Positions 42,993 to 53,167 of a stretch of DNA of 64,000 nucleotides are shown piece by piece. The notes beneath the pieces were generated by a model. That model was not told the DNA's origin. It saw only the letters and a list, made by a program, of their open reading frames with translations, and searched no databases. The translations under genes were made by a program, and so were the position numbers. The DNA lies in NCBI GenBank assembly GCA_008690995.1, contig VRMN01000003.1, positions 744,001-808,000 on the forward strand, written 5' to 3'. This stretch comes from Porphyridium purpureum (lineage: Eukaryota). Position 1 is the first letter of the stretch. Each line of letters opens with the position of its first letter.

Positions 42993-43443
42993 CTCTCGAA
43001 ACTGAAGAGCTTAACTTCCCTATGACACACAGGTAAAGAGACCGACAACTTTTGCGACTCGAAAAGAGTCAGGAGAATGGACTGTGTTGGATGTTGTCCC
43101 CAAAGGAAAAAGAGTGCGACTTCGGTCATCTCGGCTCGCTGCGGTCACCATGCTCCTTGAGAAGCGTACCATGAGAGAGCGAACCCTTGGGACACGGCGC
43201 AATTGCTGACGAACCCATCCAAAAAGTAGCCACACGATCATGCGTAGCGTATGCTGGCGCTCGGAAGCAGCGGCGCGTTCTACAACGCTGCGCAGTCAAT
43301 CGCCCGCATCGTCCAACAAGAGCCTTGGTCTCCCCACAAGGAAGCGTAGTTCAAAGTAGTTCCGGTTCATTCAAAATAGCTGGTTGGATGGTGTGAGTAA
43401 CGTTCCCGCGATCACAAGCGAACGGTGTATCAAACAGAAAACG

Positions 43444-44376
43444 ATGGGAGACGTGGATGGAAGAGGCGCGGAGTTCTCGCCACCGCCACAGGCGCCGATA
43501 GCGGGGGCTGCGGACTCGGTCCCGCCGCTGCGCGCCCCCATGGCCGAGTCCGTGTCCAACGGCACGCTGCGCCATACTGCGCAGCCACCGCCGTACGCGC
43601 CGCCGAGAGGTCTAGGGGTCGCGGTTCCGCGTGTACCTGCACCCGCGGTTTCCATCGCTGCGCCTGACGCCGCCATGGCGCCCGGCTTAGGGACCGGACC
43701 AGCGACGGGCGGTATGGACTTTTCCGGTCGCCAGGGCAGCTTCATGGACCAAGCCAGTAGGCGCTACAGCGTGTTCCTCGATCAAATTACGCCGCTCATC
43801 CTGTACCGGTGGCTGGCGTTTGTGGTTGTGTTGCTGAGCTTTGCGTTGCGCATGTTCATGATCCACGGCTTCTACATCGTGGCATACGTGCTATTCATCT
43901 TTCTCTTGAACCAGTTTATTCTGTTTCTCCAGCCCAAGGACCGCTCTGCTCTGGGCGATAATTCGGCGGCGGACTCGGACGAACCAGGTCTACCTACGAC
44001 AAGCGTGGTTGACTTTGATACGTACCGACCGTTCTATCGGAGGCTACCGGAATTTAAGTTCTGGCACTCAGCAACCCGCGCTACGCTGCTAGCCATCGTG
44101 TGCACTTTCGTGCCCTTCCTGGACGTGCCTGTTTTCTGGCCGATCCTTGTCGTTTACTCTGTCGTGCTTTTCTTCGCGACCATGAGAAAACAGCTCGCAG
44201 ACATGAAGCGCTTCAAGTACGTACCGTGGGACATTGGCAAGAAGCAGAAATATTCTGGCACATCAAAAAGCGTTGCCAGTACCGAAACAGCAGGTGGGTC
44301 GAGACCATCCGCAAGCGGTGCCGGTGCCAAGCGTGACGGCGGAAGACCGCCCAAGGCGGGCAAGTCAGATTCATAA
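43444..44376 (+). CDS. RER1: Protein RER1 (Golgi-to-ER retrieval receptor)
   Basis: LDQITP..RW, GFYIVAY.L.IFLLN.FI.FL.PK, RPFYRRLPEFKFW, DVPVFWPIL, TMRKQ..M...KYVPW.IGKK.KY motifs. Confidence 0.96.
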   Translation: MGDVDGRGAEFSPPPQAPIAGAADSVPPLRAPMAESVSNGTLRHTAQPPPYAPPRGLGVAVPRVPAPAVSIAAPDAAMAPGLGTGPATGGMDFSGRQGSFMDQASRRYSVFLDQITPLILYRWLAFVVVLLSFALRMFMIHGFYIVAYVLFIFLLNQFILFLQPKDRSALGDNSAADSDEPGLPTTSVVDFDTYRPFYRRLPEFKFWHSATRATLLAIVCTFVPFLDVPVFWPILVVYSVVLFFATMRKQLADMKRFKYVPWDIGKKQKYSGTSKSVASTETAGGSRPSASGAGAKRDGGRPPKAGKSDS

Positions 44377-44719
44377 GTTCATGATGTTTTGTCTTTCCAT
44401 GTATGTTGCGATGCAATTTGTAGAAGAGCATAGTGAGGAAAAGGTTTCTTGCGTACCACCGCAATTCTGGCCGTCTTATCTCACACCAGTGTATCGACCA
44501 GACAGCCGGAGATCTTCCATTCCGTCCTACATACGCCAGATCGTGCAAGCAGTGCTGATGGAGCCTCAGGGGATCCAGATAGCTCGGAGGTGAGACACCA
44601 CATTTCTGTAAATTCCCACGTAGCAGTCGAACCTTCTCTAACACGCAGGGCCATGGTCGCGGCCCCGGCGTCCAACTGGATCACGAAGTTTTCACGGCGG
44701 GCCGGCAATTGCGACTGTA

Positions 44720-46903
44720 ATGGGTTCGGACATTCGCAGCATAGCGCGCAAGTACCTGCTGGACCAAGTGATAGTGAGCGTGCGCAACAAGGTCGACACG
44801 CCCGTGCCCAGCGGTGTTTCAGGCGCCGGGCTTAGTTCCAAGGGGAAGAAGGCAAGTGGGTTGCCGGGGAGCAAAGCGCGCTTTGTGTTCGTGGTTGATG
44901 ATCGCGCACTGCGGGTGGTGAGTGCATTGGTTCCCTTGTCCGTGCTCCAGGAGAATGGCGTCACAATTGTTGAGCGGCTCGAGCTGGCCCGCGAGCCATT
45001 ACCCGACGTGCATGCCATCTACGTGCTGAGCGGTTCGCCGCAGTCGGTGCGAGCGCTGTGTGCAGAAAGCGCTGCGCAGTACCGTCGCTTCCACGTCTTT
45101 TTTCTGGACCCACTTCCGGAGAGCATCTTTTCGCAGATCCAGAAGGCGGACGCCAAGCTGGTGAAGAAAATAGCAACACTGGTCGAGCTCAACTTGAATG
45201 TTCTGGTGCACAGCACGCATTTCATTTCGCTTGGGATTCCGGGAGGTAGCATACCTGCCATGTATGGAGGTATCGCTAGTGTTGCCGCCGATACCGCACA
45301 AGAGCAGAGCCGCCGGCTCTTATCTGTCTGCGTTCTGCTCGCAGCGGCTCACACGTGGACGGTGCGTATCGACATCAACTCATCACATGCCAAGCTAGTC
45401 GGGGCCAAGTTTTTGCAGGCGCGTACGGAGCTGATGAAGAAGCCAGCGACTGGGGGAACTACTTCTTACTCAGCAGGGTGCTCTCGTTATCCAAACGCAA
45501 CATTATTGGTTCTCGACCGAGCGGCCGACCTGGTCTCGATGCTGGTGCATGAATTTAGTTATGAAGCTATGGCTTACGATCTGATTCCTTTGAGGCTCGA
45601 GCACCCGTTGGGTGTCTATTTTCGGCTTCCAGACGACGAAAATAATCCGTCAAGCCCAAAGAGCAAGTCCCTGACCACGGGTGCGTCGCGCGCGAGTCCG
45701 TCAGCCACAGACTTGTCCAAACGCGATGTAAGATTTGGCGATGAAGATAATGACAAAGTGATGCTGCGCGTCCGCGACATGCACATTGCCGAGGGAGTGC
45801 AGGTGGTCAATGACGAGTTTCGTCATTTTTTAGACACGAACGCGGCGGCAAAGATGCGCATGCAGATGGGCAAGGTCAGCTCGCCCGATGGCAACAGCAA
45901 GAGCGACTCTTCCGCGGGAATCAAGGAGCTGACGGCTGCCGTGCGCTCACTCCCAGAATACGCAGACCTGATTAAGCGACACGCCATGCATGTCAACTGC
46001 TTTGAGCAGTGCTTCGCTGCCTTCAAATCACGCCACCTTGACGCAACCGCTAGAATTGAGCAGGAGCTTTCGACCGGCAACGATGGAGCAGACCATCGCA
46101 TTCACAGCACGACTATGATGAAGGCCTTGGAGCAAATTCTTTCCTCTGGAATCCTGGATGACGAGGCCAAGATGCGAATCGTGCTCCTGGCCCTTGCCGT
46201 GTCTCGTGGGAATGGGGGCGGGTGTAGCGTGCCTTCGCTGCTCTACTTTTCTCACTTTTCGGATACATATAACATCAACGAGATGCTTTCGCAGTGTGCA
46301 TTTCGGGAGCAGTCGTGTTTCCGTACCATTAAGGGCTTTGTGAAAGTTTTGCAGAGCTACAAAGTCGGGACATGTGCAGTTTCCCGGCCAAAATCTGCGC
46401 TCAAGTGGAGACGGGCGCGAAAGGAGGCACGCAAGAAGGTCGAGTCCAGGCGGAAGCTCGATGAGTCGATTGACAGACCGCCGTTTGAACTCTCCAGATA
46501 TGTACCGCCACTTGGCGAAATCATTTTGCGGTGCGTAGACAAGACTTTGCCTGCGGAAATGTATCCAGAAATCAAGGCTTCCTCGAACAGTGGCACCGAA
46601 GGATCCTGTGCTGCGGCGCTGCTGCCCATCGATCCTGCTCCATCAGTATTGTCCTCCCTCACGGACAAAAAGCCGGTCCAGCGTGCCGATAGTGTGCTTT
46701 TGGTGTACATCGCCGGCGGCGCGTCACTATCCGAGCTTCGAACGGTAAGGGAGCTCGGAGCGATGCGTCCTTCAGTTAGCATCGTACTAGCTACTGACTT
46801 ACTTTTACCCCCGCGTTATTTCCTACAAGCCTGCGCTGCGGTGGAAGATGGTGCCCTTGCCAGTCGCATAGCTGAGCGTCCATGCTACAGTCCAGACGTA
46901 TAA
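44720..46903 (+). CDS. SEC1: Sec1/Munc18 (SM) family protein
   Basis: VFVVD, GVTIVERL..AREPLP..HAIY, LLVLDR..D....LVHEFSYEAMAYDL, RDMHIAE, IEQELSTG, FELSRYVP and YIAGG.S.SELR motifs. Confidence 0.92.
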   Translation: MGSDIRSIARKYLLDQVIVSVRNKVDTPVPSGVSGAGLSSKGKKASGLPGSKARFVFVVDDRALRVVSALVPLSVLQENGVTIVERLELAREPLPDVHAIYVLSGSPQSVRALCAESAAQYRRFHVFFLDPLPESIFSQIQKADAKLVKKIATLVELNLNVLVHSTHFISLGIPGGSIPAMYGGIASVAADTAQEQSRRLLSVCVLLAAAHTWTVRIDINSSHAKLVGAKFLQARTELMKKPATGGTTSYSAGCSRYPNATLLVLDRAADLVSMLVHEFSYEAMAYDLIPLRLEHPLGVYFRLPDDENNPSSPKSKSLTTGASRASPSATDLSKRDVRFGDEDNDKVMLRVRDMHIAEGVQVVNDEFRHFLDTNAAAKMRMQMGKVSSPDGNSKSDSSAGIKELTAAVRSLPEYADLIKRHAMHVNCFEQCFAAFKSRHLDATARIEQELSTGNDGADHRIHSTTMMKALEQILSSGILDDEAKMRIVLLALAVSRGNGGGCSVPSLLYFSHFSDTYNINEMLSQCAFREQSCFRTIKGFVKVLQSYKVGTCAVSRPKSALKWRRARKEARKKVESRRKLDESIDRPPFELSRYVPPLGEIILRCVDKTLPAEMYPEIKASSNSGTEGSCAAALLPIDPAPSVLSSLTDKKPVQRADSVLLVYIAGGASLSELRTVRELGAMRPSVSIVLATDLLLPPRYFLQACAAVEDGALASRIAERPCYSPDV

Positions 46904-47136
46904 CATTCGACAGTTCGGTCAGAGACACCTCCGCTAACACATGTTCTTGCGAATTGCACATTTCATCAATGTCGTTCAGAGCGACTGACGAACACAATAA
47001 ACAAGCCAAAAGGAAGAAACGTGATATGTATTAGTGCATATAATCGAACAAAAGCATGAATCAGCCTCATTGGCCTTCGCTTGCATAGCTTCGGAGCGGC
47101 CAAGCGCGAGGGCATTTCCATCCTATTTAGAAAGCT

Positions 47137-48402
47137 TCACAGATCCCACGTGTCCAGAGGGCAACTGTCTTTCACAATTTCTATCAAAGCCTCTGCCCAC
47201 TCGTCATCCGAGTTCAGACAAGGGATCAGCGTGTACTCCTCACCCCCATTCTCCAAGAAAAACTCTTTGCCTTCCTCACCAATCTCCTCGAGTGTCTCAA
47301 GGCAGTCTGCCGTGAACGACGGGACAACCACCGCCAATTTCTTGACCCCGTCCTTCGCAAGCTGCTTGATACGCATATCTGTGTATGGTTCGATCCACTT
47401 TGGGCCGGCAGCATCCAGCCGACTCTGAAAGGCGACCGAGTACTTCTCCGCGGGTAGGTCAAGTGCAGCTGCAATGCGACGGGCGGATGCAAAGCACTGC
47501 GCACGGTAGCAGTTGCGGTTGGCTTGCACCAGCTGAGCGCAACAGTTTGGAACTTTCTGGCAATAAGCTCCTGTTTCGTCCGTCCCGGTGCAGTGAGAGC
47601 CCGGCACACCATGAAACGACATGAGCAAGTGATCGACATTTGCGGCGCGCGGGCCAATCACGCGTCCGATGATCGATGCGTACGACGAAATGTAGCGCGG
47701 GTGGTCAAAGAAGGCCGGGCACACGTGCAAATATGGGGTAGAGTAGAGCTTGGCTGCCTCGCGATACACAATTTCAACGGCGGAGCCCGTTGTCGAGGAG
47801 GCGTACTGCGGAAACATTGGAACCACAACGATCCGGTCAACTCCTGTTTGTCGAAACGTCTTCAGGGCTGTGTACACACTTGGCTCTCCAAACTGCATGC
47901 CCAGCATGATCGAGTACTTTTCACCGAGATGATTCCTGAGCTTTTCGGCCAGGTCCTCCGAGTGGAACAGCAACGGCGAGCCCCGTTCCGGGTCCCAGAT
48001 AGACGCATACGCCTCGGCCGACTTCCTGGGCCTGAACGGCAGGACGACAAAGTTGAGAAGGAAATACTTGAGGACCGGGTTGATGTCGACCACGCGCGGA
48101 TCCCCCAGAAACTGCCTGAGGTACTCGCGCACGTCGCTGACGGACGTGGAAGCCGGTGTGCCGATGTTCATGAGCACAATGCCCACGCGCGCGCGGAACG
48201 GCGGATGCGTTTCGGCTGCGAGCTCGGCCGCGTTGCTTGCGCTGACGACCTCGGGTGCGCGCTGCACTTCGGACACCATGGCGCAGCCGGCGGGAGCGCT
48301 CGGGCGCGCGTGCCTGCGGCGCGGTGCCCGGCAGACGCGTGCGGCGCGCGGCTGCCTCAGCGCGCGCGCCGCAGACACATCTGCAGACACCCCGAATGCC
48401 AT
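47137..48402 (-). CDS. hemH: Ferrochelatase, plastid-targeted, bacterial type with internal Cys-rich insertion
   Basis: LMNIGTP, YLRQFLGDPRVVD, PMFPQYASSTTGS, LMSFHGVP, FQSRL..KWIEPYT, SFTADCLETLEEI and IPCLN motifs; MAFGV presequence. Confidence 0.96.
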   Translation of the reverse strand: MAFGVSADVSAARALRQPRAARVCRAPRRRHARPSAPAGCAMVSEVQRAPEVVSASNAAELAAETHPPFRARVGIVLMNIGTPASTSVSDVREYLRQFLGDPRVVDINPVLKYFLLNFVVLPFRPRKSAEAYASIWDPERGSPLLFHSEDLAEKLRNHLGEKYSIMLGMQFGEPSVYTALKTFRQTGVDRIVVVPMFPQYASSTTGSAVEIVYREAAKLYSTPYLHVCPAFFDHPRYISSYASIIGRVIGPRAANVDHLLMSFHGVPGSHCTGTDETGAYCQKVPNCCAQLVQANRNCYRAQCFASARRIAAALDLPAEKYSVAFQSRLDAAGPKWIEPYTDMRIKQLAKDGVKKLAVVVPSFTADCLETLEEIGEEGKEFFLENGGEEYTLIPCLNSDDEWAEALIEIVKDSCPLDTWDL

Positions 48403-48589
48403 TGTGCCGCTACTGCTCTCCGAAGCGCTTGTCTCTCCGCATTCGCGTCACGCCTCGGCGCACCACCCCCTGCGTGCGCCACTCCCTTCGCCCACGCCAC
48501 GAAAGGGAAAATTCCGAGGAAAAAATCCCCGTGCGTGCCGCTCTCGCCCCGCGCTCTCGCGCACGCTCCGCGAGACCAAACACAGATTA

Positions 48590-50138
48590 CACTCCTGGCC
48601 AAGATGGTTGTCCCAGGTGCAATTTCAAGGTCTGAACTCCAGTTTTATAGTAAAAACGAGCGTTTTCATATGAAATCAATGTTTATACCTTTTTTAACAT
48701 ATTTTTGTTCACCATGTCAGAGGTAAGCGCGCGCTTTTGCGGGACCCCATGAGGCCATGAAGGGGTTCAAGACATGTGAAAGAAGACTAACGCATCTACT
48801 GCACTCGGGCATACGATCGCGACCAAGTCCAGCAACCGCAAGCATCGGAAACATGGCACCACGGCTCTCCGACTTCGAGAAAGGGCAGATTGACGCTCTG
48901 CACCGGCTCTGTCTGACGCCGCAGGCCATTGCAGCACGTCTTCGTCCGCGACCAGACAAGACTCGACCATCGTACAAGACTGTGGAGCGATTTCTGAAGA
49001 ATCGAGGCAAGAAAAGGGTTTTCAAGAAGCCCGGACCGGCACGGACAATATCGCCGAAATTGGAGCGTCGCCTGATTCGGCACGTCATTACGGATAGGTT
49101 GACGTCTGCACAGGCAGTGACGGAGCTGCAGCTTGCGTGCAGTGCGAGAACTGTTCGTCGTATCCTGCAGAGATCACCAGAGGTTCGTATTATCGCGCAG
49201 AGGCGAAAGTTCTTCATTTCGGAAAAGAACCGAGTCAAGCGGCTTGCATTTGCTCGAGAATACGTTCACAAGCCGCTATCGTTTTGGAAGAATGTCATCT
49301 TCTCGGATGAAAAGATCTTTCGGCTGGACGGGCCACACGGGTACAACAAGACTTATCAGCGAACGCGAGGCCCTGAGCCCGCGCCAACCATGCGTCGCCA
49401 TAGTGGCGGAGGATCCGCAATGTTTTGGGGTGCCATGTCGTGGTACGGACTGAGTACGTTGCATCGTGTTCAAGGCTCGCTGAATGCCGAGCGATATCGG
49501 CAGGTTATGCTGAACGTCATAATGCCCTGGGCACTGGAACTGCCTTGGCGCCTTGATCAGCCGGATTGTCCATTCATATTTCAGCAAGATAATGCGCCCG
49601 GACATGCAGCGCTGAGCACGCGCGAGCTGTTTGACACGGTTGGAATCGCACTACTTGATCGGCTAGCGCGGTCGCCGGACTTGAATCCAGTTGAGAATCT
49701 GTGGGCGATCGTTTCTCGCCGTGTGCATTGGCAAGGACGCCAGTTTATGCGCCTCGATGACATGCTTCCAGTTATCTATGACTGCTGGCGAACGGAAGCG
49801 CCAAAATATGTTGAGGCACTTTTCGAGAGCATGCCCCGTCGCCTGCAAGCTTGCATCGACGCCGGTGGCCGTCAAACCAAGTACTAGTTTCGTTACTACA
49901 GTTAAATCTCTTCTCATAAGCGTGTTCGTCCTCATCAACCTGTTTTATTATTTTTCTCTTTTTCGGCACTTCTCACACCTGTCGTTTTGTTCTACGATAC
50001 CTTTGGACGCCCCTACCCATTTTCCGTGCCGCTGATTCTTTTCGTGCCATCAAAACAGACGACAACCTAGTCGAAAAGCCGAGTTATTCACAAAAAACTT
50101 CATTTAATCCTGTGGGACAACTAACTTGGCCAGGACTG
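48590..50138 (+). mobile_element. Tc1/mariner (DD34E) DNA transposon, full length, 1549 bp
   Basis: 26-bp TIRs CACTCCTGGCCAAGATGGTTGTCCCA (48590-48615) and its inverse at 50113-50138 (3 mismatches). TA target duplication at 48588-89 and 50139-40. Internal transposase ORF. Confidence 0.95.
48853..49887 (+). CDS. Tc1-family transposase
   Basis: MAPRLSDFEKGQI HTH region, W.NVIFSDEK.F, FQQDNAPGH and SPDLNPVENLW. 34 residues lie between the second D and the E. Confidence 0.95.
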   Translation: MAPRLSDFEKGQIDALHRLCLTPQAIAARLRPRPDKTRPSYKTVERFLKNRGKKRVFKKPGPARTISPKLERRLIRHVITDRLTSAQAVTELQLACSARTVRRILQRSPEVRIIAQRRKFFISEKNRVKRLAFAREYVHKPLSFWKNVIFSDEKIFRLDGPHGYNKTYQRTRGPEPAPTMRRHSGGGSAMFWGAMSWYGLSTLHRVQGSLNAERYRQVMLNVIMPWALELPWRLDQPDCPFIFQQDNAPGHAALSTRELFDTVGIALLDRLARSPDLNPVENLWAIVSRRVHWQGRQFMRLDDMLPVIYDCWRTEAPKYVEALFESMPRRLQACIDAGGRQTKY

Positions 50139-50491
50139 TAAACATAAAGTTAAAAAATAAAAAAATCACAAACCCGGGCGCGTGCTCAAGAAGATCAAGG
50201 TCTAGGGTTGCCGCCAGGTGGGCGTGGAGGTACAGTGCGCTGTACTGGTCCTGGCGCGGCTGGCGTGCTCGGCAGCACGTGCGCGTGCGCGCAAGGCAGC
50301 GAGCGTGGCAGAAGGATATGCGTCCCGTGGCGTGTCGCTCAACATAATTTATTGGCCGTACAGATGCGTACTCGCTTACCGCGGCGCACACGCAGCGCAC
50401 AACACCCGTGGGTCGTCGCAACGTGCAGCCATCCGTCTGGGTGGTGGTGCAAGATCCTGCCGCTCGGCGCGCTCTCGCCTGCCGCACGTCA

Positions 50492-51196
50492 TCATTGTTG
50501 GCCCGAGCGGCGCGCTTCAAACATGTATCGCGTGTGAGGGTTCTGCAGCAAGATCTCACGCAGCTGCTCCAGGTTCGATTCTTCGCGCTCCCGCATCTCT
50601 CGTAGTTGCCGGTTTTCCTCCCGCACCGACTGGAACATCACCTCCAACGTCTTTTGCTGCGCGCGGCGCTTCTCGCGAGAGCGCTCTGCGCTTAGTCGAT
50701 TGCTTTCAGTGCGCCGCCGCCGCCTCTCCTCCTCTGGCAAACGCTTGCGTGAGGTCGTCATAAGCGCGTCCAGGTTGAACTGCTGAGCAGCCGCAGGATC
50801 GCGAATCAGGATCGCCCGCAGCTCTTCGGGCGACACGCCCATCTCGTTCTTCTTCTGCGAAGACGACCCGCCCTTCCCGCTCGATCCTCCAGACTGGTTT
50901 GTACACGCGTCAGAATCAGCTCGCTTGGACTTCGTTCCACTGGCCGCTGCAGTCCCAGTCCCACCTCCGCGCGACTGCGCTGAGGACGCCAGCTGCTGGA
51001 ATTGGGCAGCCGACATGGGCGGTAGTCCCGCTTGGTCATGACTCGACGGCCGCCGAGAGGCTTCGTGTTTGACTTGCTGCACGTGCTGGTTCTGATACTG
51101 TTGTGGAGCCATACTATTCCATGCGCTGCCACTGGGCTGCAAATCGCGCTGGGCGTCCGAGAAGGCCTGCAAGAAGTCAAAGTTAGGGTCACTCAT
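50492..51196 (-). CDS. bZIP transcription factor
   Basis: Basic region RRRRRTESNRLSAERSREKRR followed by a leucine-zipper-like heptad region; Gln/Ser-rich N-terminus. Confidence 0.88.
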   Translation of the reverse strand: MSDPNFDFLQAFSDAQRDLQPSGSAWNSMAPQQYQNQHVQQVKHEASRRPSSHDQAGLPPMSAAQFQQLASSAQSRGGGTGTAAASGTKSKRADSDACTNQSGGSSGKGGSSSQKKNEMGVSPEELRAILIRDPAAAQQFNLDALMTTSRKRLPEEERRRRRTESNRLSAERSREKRRAQQKTLEVMFQSVREENRQLREMREREESNLEQLREILLQNPHTRYMFEARRSGQQ

Positions 51197-51436
51197 CCTT
51201 GCTATGATCCGCGCCCACCGCGAGACGTACGCGCGCACAATTAGCAATGGACGCTTTCGGAACTCCGTGAACAATCCGATGCGCGGGGTCCAAGTGGGTC
51301 GAGTGCCACGCGGCTCACCCAACGAGACGCGGCCCGAGCTTCCCTACCAATCTGAGCTCGCAACACGCAATGTGCCCGTGCCGTCCCCGCCTTCGGTGCA
51401 AACAGACGCGTCGCCAAGGCCGTCGTTCCTCAAGTA

Positions 51437-51458
51437 CTCTCTCTCTCTCTCTCTCTCT
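51437..51458. repeat. (CT)11/(GA)11 microsatellite upstream of the bZIP gene
   Basis: Directly visible. Confidence 0.9.
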
Positions 51459-52256
51459 GTCTAGCCCTCAGTCTCCGGGTCTCGAACACTTTCAAAAAGC
51501 TCTGCGTAAACCAAAAAGGCGCGCGTGCGCGAAAGACTACAGAATCTGAGCGGTTTAATAGAAAGAGGTACAGTTAGATTCGAATGATGTACCCGCATGG
51601 GACTGTCAGTCTCGGCGTCTGCTTCGATGCAGTGCAGACCACACTGCGTCGCTCGTCGCCAGCCCGCGGCAAGCCGATGCAGACGCGATCGTCCTCGGTT
51701 GATGGAACCATGCCGTACAGTCATATCTCACCGCGATGCGAGCAACGGCGAACTCACTCAGTTCTCGCAACCATGCTGTTACGTACATCCGTCTCCCCGC
51801 CGTTTGGATGCCGCCCTCTTGGGTACGAACTGCGCTGCGCCGCAACTGAGAGGCGCGACTAGGCGGTCTCGGTATTTCGCATTGTTACATACAAATCGTG
51901 ACTCAGAAATACGTTGATGTCCTGGGCATCCAGCTCAACCTTTCTGACGTAAAAGTGCACGAAACAGAACCTACCTCCAGAAGGGCCTTGATATTTGCGT
52001 CTGCGCACGACACCTAAGAGAAACCCCGGAAGCATGATCGAAGGCGAGGAGCACTGCTCGTCTTATCTTCTTCGCAAAGCAGCACACTTACAAACGGACG
52101 TGGGAAGCACCCCATTGCGCCAGCACGCAAGTCCATCAGAGTGCGAGTATTGACCTCACTAGCCATCCTTTGTACGAAATCGCCTGCGCGCGGGTCCAAC
52201 CTGCAGTCTTGCGGCGCTTACGTGGCAACAGAACACAACCCGACTGGCCGAGTTGC

Positions 52257-53051
52257 CTACGGCTTCGCTACGCTTTTCTTGACCATACATGGGCGACCGC
52301 CGATGAGCGCCCCGTTCCGCGTTTTAATGGCCTGCAGCATATCGCGCGCATCGCCAAAGCTCACAAAACCGTAGCCCTTGCAGCGGTGCGTGCGCTTATC
52401 GAATACAATTTGTGCCGTTCGGAACGAAGCGAGGTCGCTGAACACAGCACGCAAAGCATCCTCCGTGACGTCCTTGCTCAGATTTCCCACAAAAATGCGA
52501 AATTCGCCCGGAGTGTCCACGTCCGTGCCATTCGGACCATGAGTTGTGGCCCTATTGGGGCTAATCCTGTGGTCTTTGCTCACTCGCCCATCGGCAACAC
52601 CGCGTACGTGGACGATACCGCGGCCTTGCTCTTCTGTTACTGACCGGTTCTCTCGCACTGCTGATGCGTTTTTCACGTCATATTCTCGTAAATATTTTGT
52701 GCCGTCGAGCACAGAAGTCGAAGCTCGAGGTTCTTTATGAATTCTGCCACCTTTCTCTGTCTCCGGAACTCTTGGCCCCTGCAAAACTCCGCCAGCGACC
52801 GTCGGTGCGGCCTTGTCAGTGTCAAGACGCGACGTCCGTGGCTCTGCTGGCCTTTTGTCCTCTTTCGCGTCGTTCTGGCGAGTGCGCTTGTGAGAAAGGA
52901 CCGGCTCACGTGCTGCCGCGCTCGAAGCATGCTGTCTCTTTTGTGAATCATGGCCCTGCGCCCCAGCGAGTGTGTCTGCATGCTCCTCTGCACCGTCTAG
53001 AACCCCGAGACTCAGAAGCTCTTGTTGAAACTTTTGCAGCTCTTCATCCAT
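52257..53051 (-). CDS. RBM42: RRM protein, RBM42-like
   Basis: C-terminal RRM EFRIFVGNL..DV....L...F....SF..A..V.DKRT...KGYGFVSF.D..D...A....NG..IG.RP...KKS resembles RBM42. Confidence 0.75.
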   Translation of the reverse strand: MDEELQKFQQELLSLGVLDGAEEHADTLAGAQGHDSQKRQHASSAAAREPVLSHKRTRQNDAKEDKRPAEPRTSRLDTDKAAPTVAGGVLQGPRVPETEKGGRIHKEPRASTSVLDGTKYLREYDVKNASAVRENRSVTEEQGRGIVHVRGVADGRVSKDHRISPNRATTHGPNGTDVDTPGEFRIFVGNLSKDVTEDALRAVFSDLASFRTAQIVFDKRTHRCKGYGFVSFGDARDMLQAIKTRNGALIGGRPCMVKKSVAKP

Positions 53052-53167
53052 GGCGGTTGAACGTCGGCTGCTTCACGGCCGTGACCTAAAATTCGGAAAA
53101 CGTGGAAGACAATTGTTCGTGTGACGGGTTTGGGTGGCAATCTTCGAAGGGAGGTGCGTCGCAAAAA

